From positions 1-36,379 of the forward strand of contig JAGAQK010000030.1 in the NCBI GenBank assembly GCA_017622825.1: DNA of 36,379 nt. Direction: 5' to 3'. The position numbers and the translations under genes were made by a program. Below the pieces are notes generated by a model. The model was not told the origin of the DNA, did no database searches, and worked only from the letters and a program-made list of their open reading frames with translations. Below are positions 35,889-36,379 of the stretch, piece after piece; within the stretch, counting starts at the first letter, position 1, and each line of letters opens with the position of its first letter. This DNA is from Clostridia bacterium (GTDB taxonomy: Bacteria; Bacillota; Clostridia; UBA1212; UBA1255).

Positions 35889-36379
35889 ATGACTGTATTT
35901 GCCAAAAAAATTGCATCGTTATTTTTAATATGCTTAGTGGGCTTGATGCTTGTTGCGTGTGGAGAAGATGACACAACCGCGATGGGTTCAGGCTCCGTTT
36001 TTTCAAATACTGTTGATATTGCAGCAAATTCTACCACCAATACTACTACTTTAGAGGCTACAATTATTCCGTCTGCAGAGCCCACTACAGCTCCAACTTC
36101 GATGCCTACAGCGTTGCAATCAGCGACACCAACGGCTACGGAAATTCCCACGCCTACGCCAACGCAAACGGCGACACCAACAGCCACGGAAATGCCTACG
36201 CCTACACCAACGCAATCGGCGACACCGACAGCCACGCAGGCGCCCACGCCTACGCCAACGCAAACGGCTACACCAACAGCTACGCAGGCGCCCACGCCTA
36301 CACCAACGCAAACGGCGACACCAACAGCTACGCAAGCGCCCACGCCTACACCAACGCAAACGGCGACACCAACAGCTAC
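35889..36379 (+). CDS. Lipoprotein with a long Thr/Pro repeat linker, truncated by the window end
   Basis: Not in the ORF track. SD GGAGAG, then [24 protein letters not shown]|GEDD..., followed by ([16 protein letters not shown])n. Confidence 0.85.
   Translation, partial: MTVFAKKIASLFLICLVGLMLVACGEDDTTAMGSGSVFSNTVDIAANSTTNTTTLEATIIPSAEPTTAPTSMPTALQSATPTATEIPTPTPTQTATPTATEMPTPTPTQSATPTATQAPTPTPTQTATPTATQAPTPTPTQTATPTATQAPTPTPTQTATPTA
36117..36379 (+). repeat. 48-bp coding tandem repeat (at least 5 copies; 16-aa Thr/Pro unit)
   Basis: GCGACACC/GCTACACC recurs at 36123, 36171, 36219, 36267, 36315 and 36363. Confidence 0.95.

Noticed and set aside
35846-36359. Minus-strand ORFs (VAVGV and WCRRR repeats)
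   Set aside because: They are antisense readings of the Thr/Pro repeat; the plus strand has an SD, signal peptide and lipobox.
30109-36379. Integrative element or prophage inserted at tRNA-Glu
   Set aside because: I found no integrase, no phage genes and no duplicate of the tRNA 3' end, and the native terminator directly follows the tRNA. The region is accessory-like, but mobility is unsupported.

Overview
A chromosomal window from a low-GC Gram-positive bacterium, most likely Clostridia/Bacillota. This rests on the Prp-cleaved L27 extension, sigma-A consensus promoters, an ECF RibU gene and an L21 leader. Left to right it holds: a carbohydrate ABC transporter start (partial permease plus a 1110-aa solute-binding protein with a Fur-like box in its leader); murD; thrC-hom-aspartate kinase; an orphan O-antigen-ligase-like gene; an FMN riboswitch with ribU; a five-gene cell-envelope operon (VanX-like D,D-peptidase, cell-wall-repeat/transglutaminase-like protein, MBOAT, AlgJ-like SGNH protein, lipoprotein); rhaA; and a long minus-strand housekeeping run (cdaR-like, ftsE, ftsX, S41 protease, methyltransferase, hslO, rplU-prp-rpmA, obgE, DUF4364-like, ASRT-like). 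Next come a 4 x 74-bp hairpin tandem repeat and tRNA-Met/tRNA-Glu. The accessory tail holds an unannotated, stop-interrupted double-glycine bacteriocin gene with a small partner ORF, a macrodomain-HTH / ArsC-like / VWA cluster, two paralogous Cys-His-Asp hydrolase lipoproteins, and a truncated Thr/Pro-repeat lipoprotein. No CRISPR array, integrase or transposase was seen. All calls come from reading motifs by eye; no database searches were run.
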